This document shows, in pieces, positions 63,646 through 64,000 of a DNA stretch of 64,000 nt (its first letter is position 1; every line of letters starts with the position of its first letter). Position numbers and translations under genes: made by a program. A model generated the notes under the pieces. The model was not told the origin of the DNA. It saw only the letters and a list, made by a program, of their open reading frames with translations, and did not search any database. Where the stretch lies: assembly GCF_001194135.2 (NCBI RefSeq), contig NC_068986.1, positions 81,485,468-81,549,467 of the forward strand. Reading direction: 5' to 3'. Source of the DNA: Octopus bimaculoides. Its lineage: Eukaryota.

Positions 63646-64000
63646 TCTATACTATAAAAGGCAGATTTTCTCTGTGTGTGTGTATGTTTAAAATTCATAC
63701 ATTTACACAATTCCAAATTTCTTCGATTAAACAATCCCAATTAATATTCTAAATACAATAAGATAGGTCACTGCGTCATTTTTTCACTCCAAAAAATTCC
63801 TAATAGCGAATAAAATCCTTAAAACTACACAAGTAAACATTTTCTCCCTAATAAAATCTAATTTCCTCTTTCTAATACAAATCCTTTCAACTCCTACTTT
63901 CTCTTATGAGCCTTTAAGGAAAATCCAACAACAAATACAAAAATAAAGGAAGGTGAAAAAGAAAACTATTTCAGTATCAAATCACATTTCGATACTGTAA
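63646..64000 (+). mobile_element. Possible 5' end of a non-autonomous Helitron (runs off the window)
   Basis: A|TCTATACTATAAAAG, the typical 5'-TC Helitron start after an A, followed by a short TG tract. The 3' hairpin/CTRR is not visible. Confidence 0.45.

Larger units (their letters stand above)
11597..64000 (+). other. Intron following the first coding exon of PKA-RI (3' end not found in window)
   Basis: Consensus GTAAGT donor at 11597. No downstream exon encoding the expected linker/inhibitor site (RRxxxS-type) or cNMP-binding domains was seen on the + strand. An exon could be hidden in an N-gap. Confidence 0.75.

Overview
This is an AT-rich, microsatellite- and retroposon-dense animal genomic window with seven N-gaps. 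The repeat landscape suggests an octopod cephalopod draft assembly; that is an inference. Only one host coding exon is clearly supported: 11432-11596 (+), encoding the N-terminal dimerization/docking domain of a type I PKA regulatory subunit (PRKAR1A/B-like). It is followed by an intron with no recognisable second coding exon before the window ends (>52 kb, unless one is hidden in a gap). The promoter side carries a perfect palindromic CRE, retains CpGs, and has an out-of-frame uORF overlapping the start codon. The rest is tRNA-derived SINEs of at least three types, RTE-clade LINE pieces (two with a PHD-like finger inside the RT), a Tx1/L1-like LINE 3' end, Helitron remnants, piggyBac/hAT-type MITEs, two fold-back elements and degenerate minisatellites. 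I cannot claim a new biological system. The best leads are: (i) a possible SINE/Tx1-like LINE partnership (similar 3' ends, long TSDs, A(A/T)TATT targets, a head-to-tail stack joined by (AAT)n); (ii) several strong dsRNA-forming structures in or near the PKA-R pre-mRNA, of interest in an ADAR-hyperediting lineage; (iii) a possible cAMP feedback and translational control module at the PKA-RI 5' end. All alignments were done by eye and repeat boundaries are approximate.
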